This document shows, piece by piece, positions 29,320 through 37,676 of a DNA stretch of 64,000 nt (positions are counted from its first letter, which is position 1; each line of letters opens with the position of its first letter). Where the stretch lies: positions 1-64,000 of IMG/VR virus record IMGVR_UViG_3300029945_000001; one strand, given 5' to 3'. The notes under the pieces were generated by a model. That model was given only the letters and a program-made list of their open reading frames with translations. It did no database searches and was not told where the DNA came from. Made by a program: the position numbers and the translations under genes.

Positions 29320-30744
29320 ATGTTAACATATGGCTTTGAACGCATTTCTTTTCAAAATAATAGTAAATTAGCTAAACGTATTTTTACTTGTGTTAATGAT
29401 ACAATGATTAAGTTAGAGGATAAATATAATGAAGTTAAAACATTTACGATAGGAACTGTACATCCATATACTGAAATAACTGATAAGTTTAAGAAAGAGT
29501 TAGAGACTATTGTTTTTGAAGAAACCGGAGTAAACAATCAAGTTTTTGTAGATCCTTCTTTAACTTATTTTAATGGGGCTATGTTAACACTATTTGATCC
29601 TATCATTGAAAAAGATGATTTAAATTCTCATATTTATATTACTGATGCTATGCAAGGAACACATAACGATATAGAACATAATAAATCTAATTATAATTCA
29701 TATAAACAAACATTAGAAATAATTTCAAATAATTTAGATCTAAATACTTCAAGATTAAAGTCTAATGTTTCAAAGATAAGATCAAAGTTATTTTTATATT
29801 TATCAGTATTAATGAGTAAGTGCTTATATCCTGTTCATATTACACCAGAAGAAGTGACTGCAATGATCTTACATGAAATTGGTCACACTATGACATATAT
29901 TGAATTATGTACAGCTATGTATCATAGATGTGATATTATTTCAAATTCTGTAAAACTATTACAATTAGAAAAAGATGATGAAATTTTAAATAAATACGGA
30001 ACTGATCTTATTGAAATCATTAAGAATAATAAAGACCTAACAACTATAGAAAAAGAAAACTTAATTAAATTGATAACTGACGATAATAAGAATAAAGCAT
30101 ATAATTTAGGAATAGCAACCATCATTACTGCTATATCCGATAAGAAACTTATTTCAGATAAAAACTTTCAGAATGCTAAAGTAAGTGATATCGTATTAAC
30201 TAAATTAAACTTTGCTTATATAGAAAGAATAGCTGACGAATTTTGTGTTAGGCATGGATATGGTCATCATCTCATCTCTGGGCTTGAAAAATCTAGAAAA
30301 TATCAGTTAGGAGATTTCGATACTAAGTATGTACCGTATGTAAGAACTGTCTCTACTTTAACATTATTAATGAAATATTTCTTTGGTCCTATTACAAACG
30401 GATTCATAAGTGGATACGATGATGATATCTTAAGATGCGAAGAAGTTTATTTTAATACATTAGTTCGATTTAAAGATAGTAATTTACCAAAGGATGTTTC
30501 ACTAGATTTTATTAATTCTATTAAATCATTGAAGAATACTATCAATGAGATTAAGGAAAGAGATATTCATAAGTTTAGAAATTTGATATTCAGTACTATC
30601 CTACGTATATCAAATTCTGGATCATTATCAGATATGTTAGCATCTGCAAATATGATTAGAGATTATGAGATTTTACAGAAGATGACAAACAATCTTATTC
30701 GTAATCCTTTTTACTATCAATCAGAACGACTAAAACATTTTTAA
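29320..30744 (+). CDS. Zinc metalloprotease-like (M48-type HExxH) protein, probably a head protein
   Basis: ITPEEVTAMILHEIGH plus downstream ERIADEF...GYG...SGLEK. Confidence 0.72.
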   Translation: MLTYGFERISFQNNSKLAKRIFTCVNDTMIKLEDKYNEVKTFTIGTVHPYTEITDKFKKELETIVFEETGVNNQVFVDPSLTYFNGAMLTLFDPIIEKDDLNSHIYITDAMQGTHNDIEHNKSNYNSYKQTLEIISNNLDLNTSRLKSNVSKIRSKLFLYLSVLMSKCLYPVHITPEEVTAMILHEIGHTMTYIELCTAMYHRCDIISNSVKLLQLEKDDEILNKYGTDLIEIIKNNKDLTTIEKENLIKLITDDNKNKAYNLGIATIITAISDKKLISDKNFQNAKVSDIVLTKLNFAYIERIADEFCVRHGYGHHLISGLEKSRKYQLGDFDTKYVPYVRTVSTLTLLMKYFFGPITNGFISGYDDDILRCEEVYFNTLVRFKDSNLPKDVSLDFINSIKSLKNTINEIKERDIHKFRNLIFSTILRISNSGSLSDMLASANMIRDYEILQKMTNNLIRNPFYYQSERLKHF

Positions 30745-30749
30745 TACAG

Positions 30750-30783
30750 TAGTCTGAGAAGGCCTCTCGGCCTTCTCAGACTA
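30750..30783 (+). terminator. Hairpin TAGTCTGAGAAGGCC-TCTC-GGCCTTCTCAGACTA
   Basis: 15-bp stem just after a stop. Confidence 0.75.
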
Positions 30784-30822
30784 GGATATCTATATAAATT
30801 GTAATTCGTTTTATTTCAGATA

Positions 30823-30830
30823 TATATTAC
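30823..30830 (+). promoter_or_regulatory. Early promoter core TATATTAC
   Basis: AGATATATATTACTATTTTG. Confidence 0.7.
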
Positions 30831-30910
30831 TATTTTGCATAGATAGATATAGAAGTCTCGTTTGTGCTAGATACGGCAAGGTATCTATAAGTAACTTGAG
30901 GAGAGCCATC

Positions 30911-31588
30911 ATGTCACTTAATCCCGAAGATGAACAGTTCGGCGATGATGGCGAGCAAGGAACTCCTAAGTTCGCCCTTCCTCCGAGAGAGCTTAAAGCT
31001 GTCCCGTTGGAGGCGACACCCGAACGAGTTGCGGAGCTTAATCGTCGAGGAACGGTTGTTGCCAATATCCTCAACGAACTTGTTCGGCAGGATGAGCTCG
31101 CAGGCTTTACGCCGGAACAAATCAAGATCCGACATAAAGCTCAGTACTACCAAGCTTTAGCATTACAGACGCTCAATCCGAACGCCTGCATCACAATTAT
31201 CGATCCTTTGGAGAATCTCGAAATGCCCAAGAACAACGAAACCCTCGTCGACATCGCCAATTCCCAGGCCGTCAACCTCGAAACCATCGAAGTGAAGCCC
31301 GAGATCATTCGACTCGAATCAGGCGAACTTGTGCAGGTCCTGCGTCTGTCGAACGGCCAGATCATTCCGCTCAATCAGCGTGGCGGCATCAACCAGACCA
31401 CCGGCAATCCCCAGATCATTTCCGTTCCGGCGGAAAAGGAAGAAGAAGAAGGTTATTCCTGGAAGAAGATCGCGCTCGGCGTGGTCGGCCTCGCCATCGT
31501 CGGCGGCGCCCTCTATTACGGCTACAAACAAATCAGCGGCAATTCCGAAGCTGTCGGCGATGTGGCCATGGCTCTGGCTGAAGTCTGA
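30911..31588 (+). CDS. Early, GC-rich protein with C-terminal membrane anchor (225 aa)
   Basis: GAGGAG RBS; WKKIALGVVGLAIVGGALYYGYK helix; codons end largely in C/G. Confidence 0.8.
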   Translation: MSLNPEDEQFGDDGEQGTPKFALPPRELKAVPLEATPERVAELNRRGTVVANILNELVRQDELAGFTPEQIKIRHKAQYYQALALQTLNPNACITIIDPLENLEMPKNNETLVDIANSQAVNLETIEVKPEIIRLESGELVQVLRLSNGQIIPLNQRGGINQTTGNPQIISVPAEKEEEEGYSWKKIALGVVGLAIVGGALYYGYKQISGNSEAVGDVAMALAEV

Positions 31589-31593
31589 TCGGC

Positions 31594-31630
31594 ATGGATG
31601 GGGGAGAGTAACATCTCCCCCTCCGTCCAT
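31594..31630 (+). terminator. Imperfect GC-rich hairpin with T-tract
   Basis: ATGGATGGGGGAGA...TCTCCCCCTCCGTCCAT then ttttatttttcttt. Confidence 0.65.
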
Positions 31631-31663
31631 ACAATTTTATTTTTCTTTATGTGGAGAAAAACT

Positions 31664-32086
31664 ATGGATGACCTCATTGAATGTTATTTGATAATCGATA
31701 GCATTCAATTTTATTATACTTCAAAACATGATGGAGTTTGTGTTATTCAGGTTGATAATTACTTTAAAGGAAATAGCTACAAGCCAGTAAAGAAAGTTTA
31801 TGGAATTGGTAAACCCATTAATAGATTAGAAACTAAAATTTCTAATTTAGAAATGCCAATAAAGAATGGGTACTTATTTGAAAAAGTAGATAGTATCATA
31901 TATTTTGTTGCTATTGAAGAACGAACAGATATTAAAATAATTTGGGATACCAGAAATACAATTTCATTAGTTGATTTTATCGAGAAGCGAGTACATGCTA
32001 TTGATGCTATTGACAAGACTTTAAAAAGTAGAATTATTTGGAAACTGGAGAATGATCATGGGTACTGGCGAAACGCTGTAAATTGA
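31664..32086 (+). CDS. Hypothetical protein (140 aa)
   Basis: GGAG RBS before ATG 31664. Confidence 0.65.
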   Translation: MDDLIECYLIIDSIQFYYTSKHDGVCVIQVDNYFKGNSYKPVKKVYGIGKPINRLETKISNLEMPIKNGYLFEKVDSIIYFVAIEERTDIKIIWDTRNTISLVDFIEKRVHAIDAIDKTLKSRIIWKLENDHGYWRNAVN

Positions 32087-32116
32087 TGAAGGACGAGGCT
32101 ATGCCTCGTCCTTCAT
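32086..32116. terminator. Hairpin ATGAAGGACGAGGC-TAT-GCCTCGTCCTTCAT between convergent genes
   Basis: 14-bp stem. Confidence 0.75.
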
Positions 32117-32125
32117 TGATATTTT

Positions 32126-32539
32126 TTAAGAAGATGTGTTTGTCACAGTACATTTATATCCAGCATTGCTTAAAATAGTAATGATACTATCTTGTCCATT
32201 ATTAGGAATATCATAAACATCTATAGTGTAAATGGTCGTATCTTGAATAATACTAAAACTACCATTCTGAATCCATTCATTGGCAAATACAACCAATGTA
32301 CCATCATCGAGTCTAATTAAGAAATATGTTAATGTCTGATAAGCTGGGATAGCACTATTATTTTTTTGTGCATCTGTATTATACTGAACAATATCACGAT
32401 ACTGTTGAGCAATGTCATACTCAACAATACCACGGATAGTACCAGAATAGCTGACACTATCTTTGTTATTAACTGATGTAAAAACTACTTTATCTCCACG
32501 AATACTATCTGTAACATATTGAGTCATTGTAGATGTCAT
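32126..32539 (-). CDS. Small beta-rich hypothetical protein, possibly virion
   Basis: 137 aa, GGAG RBS, abuts the chaperonin stop. Confidence 0.7.
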   Translation of the reverse strand: MTSTMTQYVTDSIRGDKVVFTSVNNKDSVSYSGTIRGIVEYDIAQQYRDIVQYNTDAQKNNSAIPAYQTLTYFLIRLDDGTLVVFANEWIQNGSFSIIQDTTIYTIDVYDIPNNGQDSIITILSNAGYKCTVTNTSS

Positions 32540-34408
32540 TTATTTAATCTCCGTATTAACCGTATCTGGTATGATGATCTTGGAGGAATTAATGATCTTG
32601 GGAAGAACTTCCTTAAATCGTTTGATCATCTCAGAATACGTTTCAATTGGCTGTACCAATACAATATACTCAAGGTCTTCAACAGTAGGAGGAGTATCAC
32701 TATAAGAAAATATAAGTGTTTTTAAAATAGTAGATTCGGAAAGATAATAAGTTTCTTTGTTATTATGAAGTCTATAGCTGAAAATTTCTTCATCAAAATT
32801 AACATCTATGAGATCTTTTCTATCAATATCTGTATGGATAATTTCGAGAAGTTCTCTAAAGATGTGTGCGTATTGAGTAAATTTAGTACTGTATACACAG
32901 TTTAAATACATATTAGAAACACCATCAAGAATAAATCCAGATTCAATACTAGAGAGAACAGCACCAAATGAATCTTTAATGATCTGAAAATCTGTTAAGC
33001 ACTCATAACGAGCACCAGATATCGTAATAATTTTTGGTTTAACACAAACTAGCTTTCTATAGAAATTAATATATTCCCTTGCTAAGATATCATCATTGCC
33101 AGAATTAACTTGTTTATTACCAGAAGTGAGTTCTTCAATACGAGCTTTGAGTTCATCGACAAGTTCTGTATAGGGTCTAAACTTATTTCTGTTGAGATAA
33201 AATGGATGGAATCTATTGTTTGTCTTTTTATAAATATTATTGATTGTAATAAACTTGTCTTTATAATGAAACGAAGCATTCCGAATAATTGAATTCTCTA
33301 AAGGTTTATCATTCATATAGTTTTCAGCAACAGAATATTTACCAGAACAAGCAAGAATAGCTTTGAATAATAAAGCACCCTTTCCGGCCATAACATTACC
33401 CATAGCTGTAATAGGAATGATTTTGTTCTTATGTTTACGATTATAATTACGAGTAATATCATAAACTTGAGAATCAAAGTTGGGGCACATAAGAAGTAAT
33501 GTATTTTTAAGTTCTTCTTCATTTGTAATTCTTGTCAAATATTCCATAACCAGTGTATAATCCATAGAACCTGGAATAAGAGCGTCTTCAATAACAAGAA
33601 TATCGCATTTCTTATATATGCACTGAGTATCTAGTTTATAGTTCATATAGTCTTGGTTAAGTGTACCGTTAAACATAAAATCATAATTTTGTTCTTCAAC
33701 TGTAAATCTCTCAGAGGTTTCAAATGGAATCTGATTAACTGTGAACATACCATTAAATTCTTCAGGTAGGGATTCGACAACATCACAGATAGCTCTAGCA
33801 ATCTGATGATCGAACTTAGAAGAAATCATAGCTTGGTTATATGCAACAAAACGAATAGCTTCTTCTTTAGTAATATTAAAATGTTTAACAAGTGAAAATT
33901 CAGAATTGTCTATGGTAATGGCACCATCTTCAATACACGATTCGATAAAATCAATAAAGGCATTTAATTCATTAATGATTTCTTTGGATGATTTAATATC
34001 ATTAGAAATAATATTTAGAAATTTAAAATTCTCACGTTTAATTCTAAAGAAATGTTCAATGATACTTAGGAAAATATACATAGTCGATGTAGTACCATCT
34101 TTAGCTTTATCATCAATTCTATTTCCAATATACTTCAACAGATCAGAGATGTGATGCTGAACTCCATTAGCATATTCAATAGAACTAATAATCGTAATAC
34201 CATCATTCGTAAATAAATTATTATATTTTTCTCGATAGTTATTTCCATTAAATAAAACAATCATAGCATCAGATGCATCGGGGCCACAATGTTCTGACAA
34301 AAGATCTTTCATTTTAACACATGTATCAATAACAAAATCAACAAACTTCTTACCACTGATAATATTTAAACTATTCTTATCTCTATTCAGATTTGTTTTT
34401 TCTGACAT
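32540..34408 (-). CDS. groEL: Divergent phage chaperonin (Cpn60/TCP-1 family)
   Basis: CGP, TNDGITII, DKAKDGTTST nucleotide-site motifs; GFILDG and VQP in the C-terminal equatorial region; 622 aa. Confidence 0.75.
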   Translation of the reverse strand: MSEKTNLNRDKNSLNIISGKKFVDFVIDTCVKMKDLLSEHCGPDASDAMIVLFNGNNYREKYNNLFTNDGITIISSIEYANGVQHHISDLLKYIGNRIDDKAKDGTTSTMYIFLSIIEHFFRIKRENFKFLNIISNDIKSSKEIINELNAFIDFIESCIEDGAITIDNSEFSLVKHFNITKEEAIRFVAYNQAMISSKFDHQIARAICDVVESLPEEFNGMFTVNQIPFETSERFTVEEQNYDFMFNGTLNQDYMNYKLDTQCIYKKCDILVIEDALIPGSMDYTLVMEYLTRITNEEELKNTLLLMCPNFDSQVYDITRNYNRKHKNKIIPITAMGNVMAGKGALLFKAILACSGKYSVAENYMNDKPLENSIIRNASFHYKDKFITINNIYKKTNNRFHPFYLNRNKFRPYTELVDELKARIEELTSGNKQVNSGNDDILAREYINFYRKLVCVKPKIITISGARYECLTDFQIIKDSFGAVLSSIESGFILDGVSNMYLNCVYSTKFTQYAHIFRELLEIIHTDIDRKDLIDVNFDEEIFSYRLHNNKETYYLSESTILKTLIFSYSDTPPTVEDLEYIVLVQPIETYSEMIKRFKEVLPKIINSSKIIIPDTVNTEIK

Positions 34409-34841
34409 ACTTAATACCTTCCTTGTCTAATTTTTGTTTTCTTTGTTCTTCTTCATATTCTTTAATACGACGTTCATTATCTTCTATGATTATTTTTTCT
34501 AATACAGTAAATCTATGATACGTTAATTTCATAGTTTCTTTTAAGTTTAATCCAAACTTAGTATGCCATTCTGTATTGAATAAAATATTAGCTACCTTCT
34601 TATAAAGTTTATTAAACTCCCAATGCTTAGATCTATTATGAAAACCAACATCTGACATATATGGTAATAGTGAATCAATATGAAGAGTTTCTTCATTAAT
34701 AGCTTGTAATAGCGAAGTTCTTACAATACCGTAAATACCTCTTAAATTTAATTCTCGAATAAGATTCTCTTTTTTATTAATACTTGCTTCTACTTCTTCT
34801 TGTGTAACATCATCAATCGAGTCTGCGACTGAATAAAAAAA
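34383..34841 (-). CDS. -1 frame extension ('T' segment) of a putative tail assembly chaperone; first in-frame ATG only at 34658
   Basis: The frame is open from the T7 run at 34841 to the stop at 34383. C-terminal WHTKFGLNLKETMKL resembles gpGT/E'-type tails. Confidence 0.6.
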   Translation of the reverse strand, partial: FFYSVADSIDDVTQEEVEASINKKENLIRELNLRGIYGIVRTSLLQAINEETLHIDSLLPYMSDVGFHNRSKHWEFNKLYKKVANILFNTEWHTKFGLNLKETMKLTYHRFTVLEKIIIEDNERRIKEYEEEQRKQKLDKEGIKYVRKNKSE

Positions 34842-36451
34842 GTGGTTTCGGGGTCCACCGTATAAAACCCTTCAGAATAGGTTTCAGGAGTATGACCACA
34901 ATGAGGGCAAGATTTAACCGGATAGCAAATATGAGAAATCTCAGACTTACCAATAAACTTTTCAACATCTTGAGGAAGATTACATCCAGGATTACGCTTA
35001 AACAGAATAGATAAACCTTCATTAATAACAGATTCTTCAGTACTTTCTTTATTCACCTTACCATTCTTAACAATACGGATTTTACTAATATAGGGAACGT
35101 ATGATTTAAATAAGGAATACTTCAAAGCAATATCAATTGAATCTCTACGCTCTTTATCATTATTACCATGTTCTTGTGCAATGATTTCAGAAACAAAACG
35201 ACGGCCATATTCAAGATATTGTTTAATAGACGGAATACTGAATTCAAATTCAAACTGAACATTATCAGAAACAGTATAACGACCAGTGTCTTTGAACCCT
35301 AAGAGTTCTTGATACTTGGTATACATATCAGGAGTAACAGTTTTCATGCTCTTAAGATTAAAGATATTATCAACCTTCATTTTACTAAAATCATTACGAC
35401 GAAGTTTAATGATATTAATCAGTTCAGTGACAGAATTATTGCATGACGTACAAACATAAGTATAATTATAACCTTCGGGATGCATAAGCGCCGCAAGTGT
35501 CAACATAATAACAGGATAATCAGTAATCTTAATATTTGAAATAAGAGTGTCTTCGAGACGCCAATTACTCAGATTAGTCCCAACTGTAGAATCTAAGAAC
35601 AGACGAGTACCTTCTTCTTTAATAAAGAAATCATTAAACAAATAGAAAACAACACCAAGTTCACGACCATAAACATTAATAGATTCATAGGCATTATTAA
35701 AATATGCATTTAATTTATCCATATCAGGATGTGCCAATTCAATATTAAAACCACTATTCATAAGAGGAATACGCATACAGTCACTAACTTCGAACCTGAC
35801 TTCATTAAGACCGTCAATAGAATCAATAATACGAATATCATTATGATCAGTAGGTTTAACAGTATAGCGATTACCAAGAATACCTTTACCCTTATCATCG
35901 ATATATGTAGGAGCAAACATACTCTTATTTTCAATATCTTTAATAGCTAATTGTCGGCGAATAGCTTCTGTTTCAAAAGGAGTATTATTCTGAGTACCAC
36001 GTACTGTATTAATAAATGCCTGAGCGACAGGATCGGTATCGATCTTATCTTCGGGAATATCACTGAAATAAGCATTCATTGCCTTAATAACATCTTCACT
36101 TTTCTGACCAATAAAATACCCTGTATTCTCAGCCATTAATTCAAAATTAGCTTTATCGACAATATCGTTTTCAGTTTCCACTGAACCATCTTCGGCGATT
36201 TCGTCGTAGAAAGGCTCAGCTTCAACATCGTCGATATCATCAGAAACAACAATAACTTTATTTTCTAAAGGAGTTTTATCAGAAGAATTATTAGTTTCAT
36301 TATTTGATTCGAGTTCAGTAGTTAAAGATTCTTCATTACCACTAACGCTATTAACCACACCACCACTTCCACCATCCATGGTAAATGTTGGAGTTATTTT
36401 TAAAATATCTTTATCTAACAGATTATCAGTTTTGTTAGGATCGTCGGACAT
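34790..36451 (-). CDS. Tail/baseplate assembly chaperone-like protein (T4 gp26-like Zn pairs)
   Basis: Acidic N-terminus, IPLMNSGF, PEGY..CTSC and CPHC, ending DPETTFF at a slippery site. Confidence 0.6.
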   Translation of the reverse strand: MSDDPNKTDNLLDKDILKITPTFTMDGGSGGVVNSVSGNEESLTTELESNNETNNSSDKTPLENKVIVVSDDIDDVEAEPFYDEIAEDGSVETENDIVDKANFELMAENTGYFIGQKSEDVIKAMNAYFSDIPEDKIDTDPVAQAFINTVRGTQNNTPFETEAIRRQLAIKDIENKSMFAPTYIDDKGKGILGNRYTVKPTDHNDIRIIDSIDGLNEVRFEVSDCMRIPLMNSGFNIELAHPDMDKLNAYFNNAYESINVYGRELGVVFYLFNDFFIKEEGTRLFLDSTVGTNLSNWRLEDTLISNIKITDYPVIMLTLAALMHPEGYNYTYVCTSCNNSVTELINIIKLRRNDFSKMKVDNIFNLKSMKTVTPDMYTKYQELLGFKDTGRYTVSDNVQFEFEFSIPSIKQYLEYGRRFVSEIIAQEHGNNDKERRDSIDIALKYSLFKSYVPYISKIRIVKNGKVNKESTEESVINEGLSILFKRNPGCNLPQDVEKFIGKSEISHICYPVKSCPHCGHTPETYSEGFYTVDPETTFFIQSQTRLMMLHKKK

Positions 36452-36452
36452 T

Positions 36453-37235
36453 TTACACAGTCCCTTTCTTTTTTGGGATGACGAATGATAGACACCTTAC
36501 ATCATACATTTCTACATAATTTTCTTCTCTTACATATGCACCATATCGAATACCAGATTCGTCTTTAACTTTATAATAAACTATATATATTTCAGTAGTG
36601 TCATTTAGTGGTTTTAAGATATTATTACCAGCTACAAAAAGAAATGATAGCTGATTATATTCATTATTAAGATTGAGAATACTAAGCTCTTCTGGCTCTT
36701 GTTTATGAACAAAACTATTAGTATTTTTTGGTATTGTTATTTTTACTTTAGGATTTAATGTGTTATCGAAGAATTCATTAATACTTTTTTCATATTCAGT
36801 TATAATGCTTGATATAATAAAGAATTCGTCACATATACCACAGATACGTTTCTTAACATCATCTTTGTTAATATAAATGTTATTATCAATATGTTCAATA
36901 ACAACGCCATCAAAATTCCACTTTAATTTATTCATAAAAGCTGTAAATTCATTAATATAAAAGACATAACATTTATTCTTTTTAAAATCGAATAATTTAA
37001 GGAATTCTGTGAAAATTGCTTTTTCTTCTTCATTTAATAAATTAACAACACCTATAGAAAATCGAATATCACCAAATTCAAACCTAGACGGTTTTGCATT
37101 AGATAAAAGAATATGATCATCCTTAACAAGATTAATATACATATATTGTAATTTTCTATTAAAAGGTCTTTGTAGATACTCTTGAAAAATATCTTGAAGT
37201 TTATATTTTTTTCGTTCTTTAGGTTTTTTCGTCAT
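36453..37235 (-). CDS. Hypothetical protein
   Basis: 260-aa ORF in a tightly packed operon. Confidence 0.7.
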   Translation of the reverse strand: MTKKPKERKKYKLQDIFQEYLQRPFNRKLQYMYINLVKDDHILLSNAKPSRFEFGDIRFSIGVVNLLNEEEKAIFTEFLKLFDFKKNKCYVFYINEFTAFMNKLKWNFDGVVIEHIDNNIYINKDDVKKRICGICDEFFIISSIITEYEKSINEFFDNTLNPKVKITIPKNTNSFVHKQEPEELSILNLNNEYNQLSFLFVAGNNILKPLNDTTEIYIVYYKVKDESGIRYGAYVREENYVEMYDVRCLSFVIPKKKGTV

Positions 37236-37512
37236 TTTTTGTAAGATTGAGTTCAGAAATTGTTTCTCTTAATTTAGCATCTACTGCATTAATACCATCA
37301 TTAAGTTTAATAAGACTATCGGCAGATGTATGACTAGGTTCGGTAATCAGATTTTTCATACCATCAGAAGCAAGAGATAAAATAGTTAATGTGTCAGAGG
37401 TGGAATCAGTAACACCGAGCTTTGAAATACCATCGATAGTGTTATCGATAGTCTTCAGACGATCGGACTGATGATTGAGCTCTTTTGTGATATTTGGGCA
37501 AGTATCGACCAT
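37219..37512 (-). CDS. Hypothetical coiled-coil protein
   Basis: 97 aa, GAGGA RBS. Confidence 0.65.
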   Translation of the reverse strand: MVDTCPNITKELNHQSDRLKTIDNTIDGISKLGVTDSTSDTLTILSLASDGMKNLITEPSHTSADSLIKLNDGINAVDAKLRETISELNLTKNDEKT

Positions 37513-37676
37513 AGTGTCCTCTAATTTTCAAGATGTTATTCCTCATTGGGTTCTTACGGAATCATTACCTTGGAGATTTCAGTCTTATAATGTAATATGA
37601 AAATTTATTAATATACTAATAATTAACGAATTTATCTTATAAGAATTCTAGAATATATGCATAGGAGTTTGTGTTC

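Noticed and set aside
30811-31691. Six overlapping ORFs around the GC-rich early gene
   Set aside because: GC-rich shadow ORFs; only the 30911 start has promoter, RBS and terminator.
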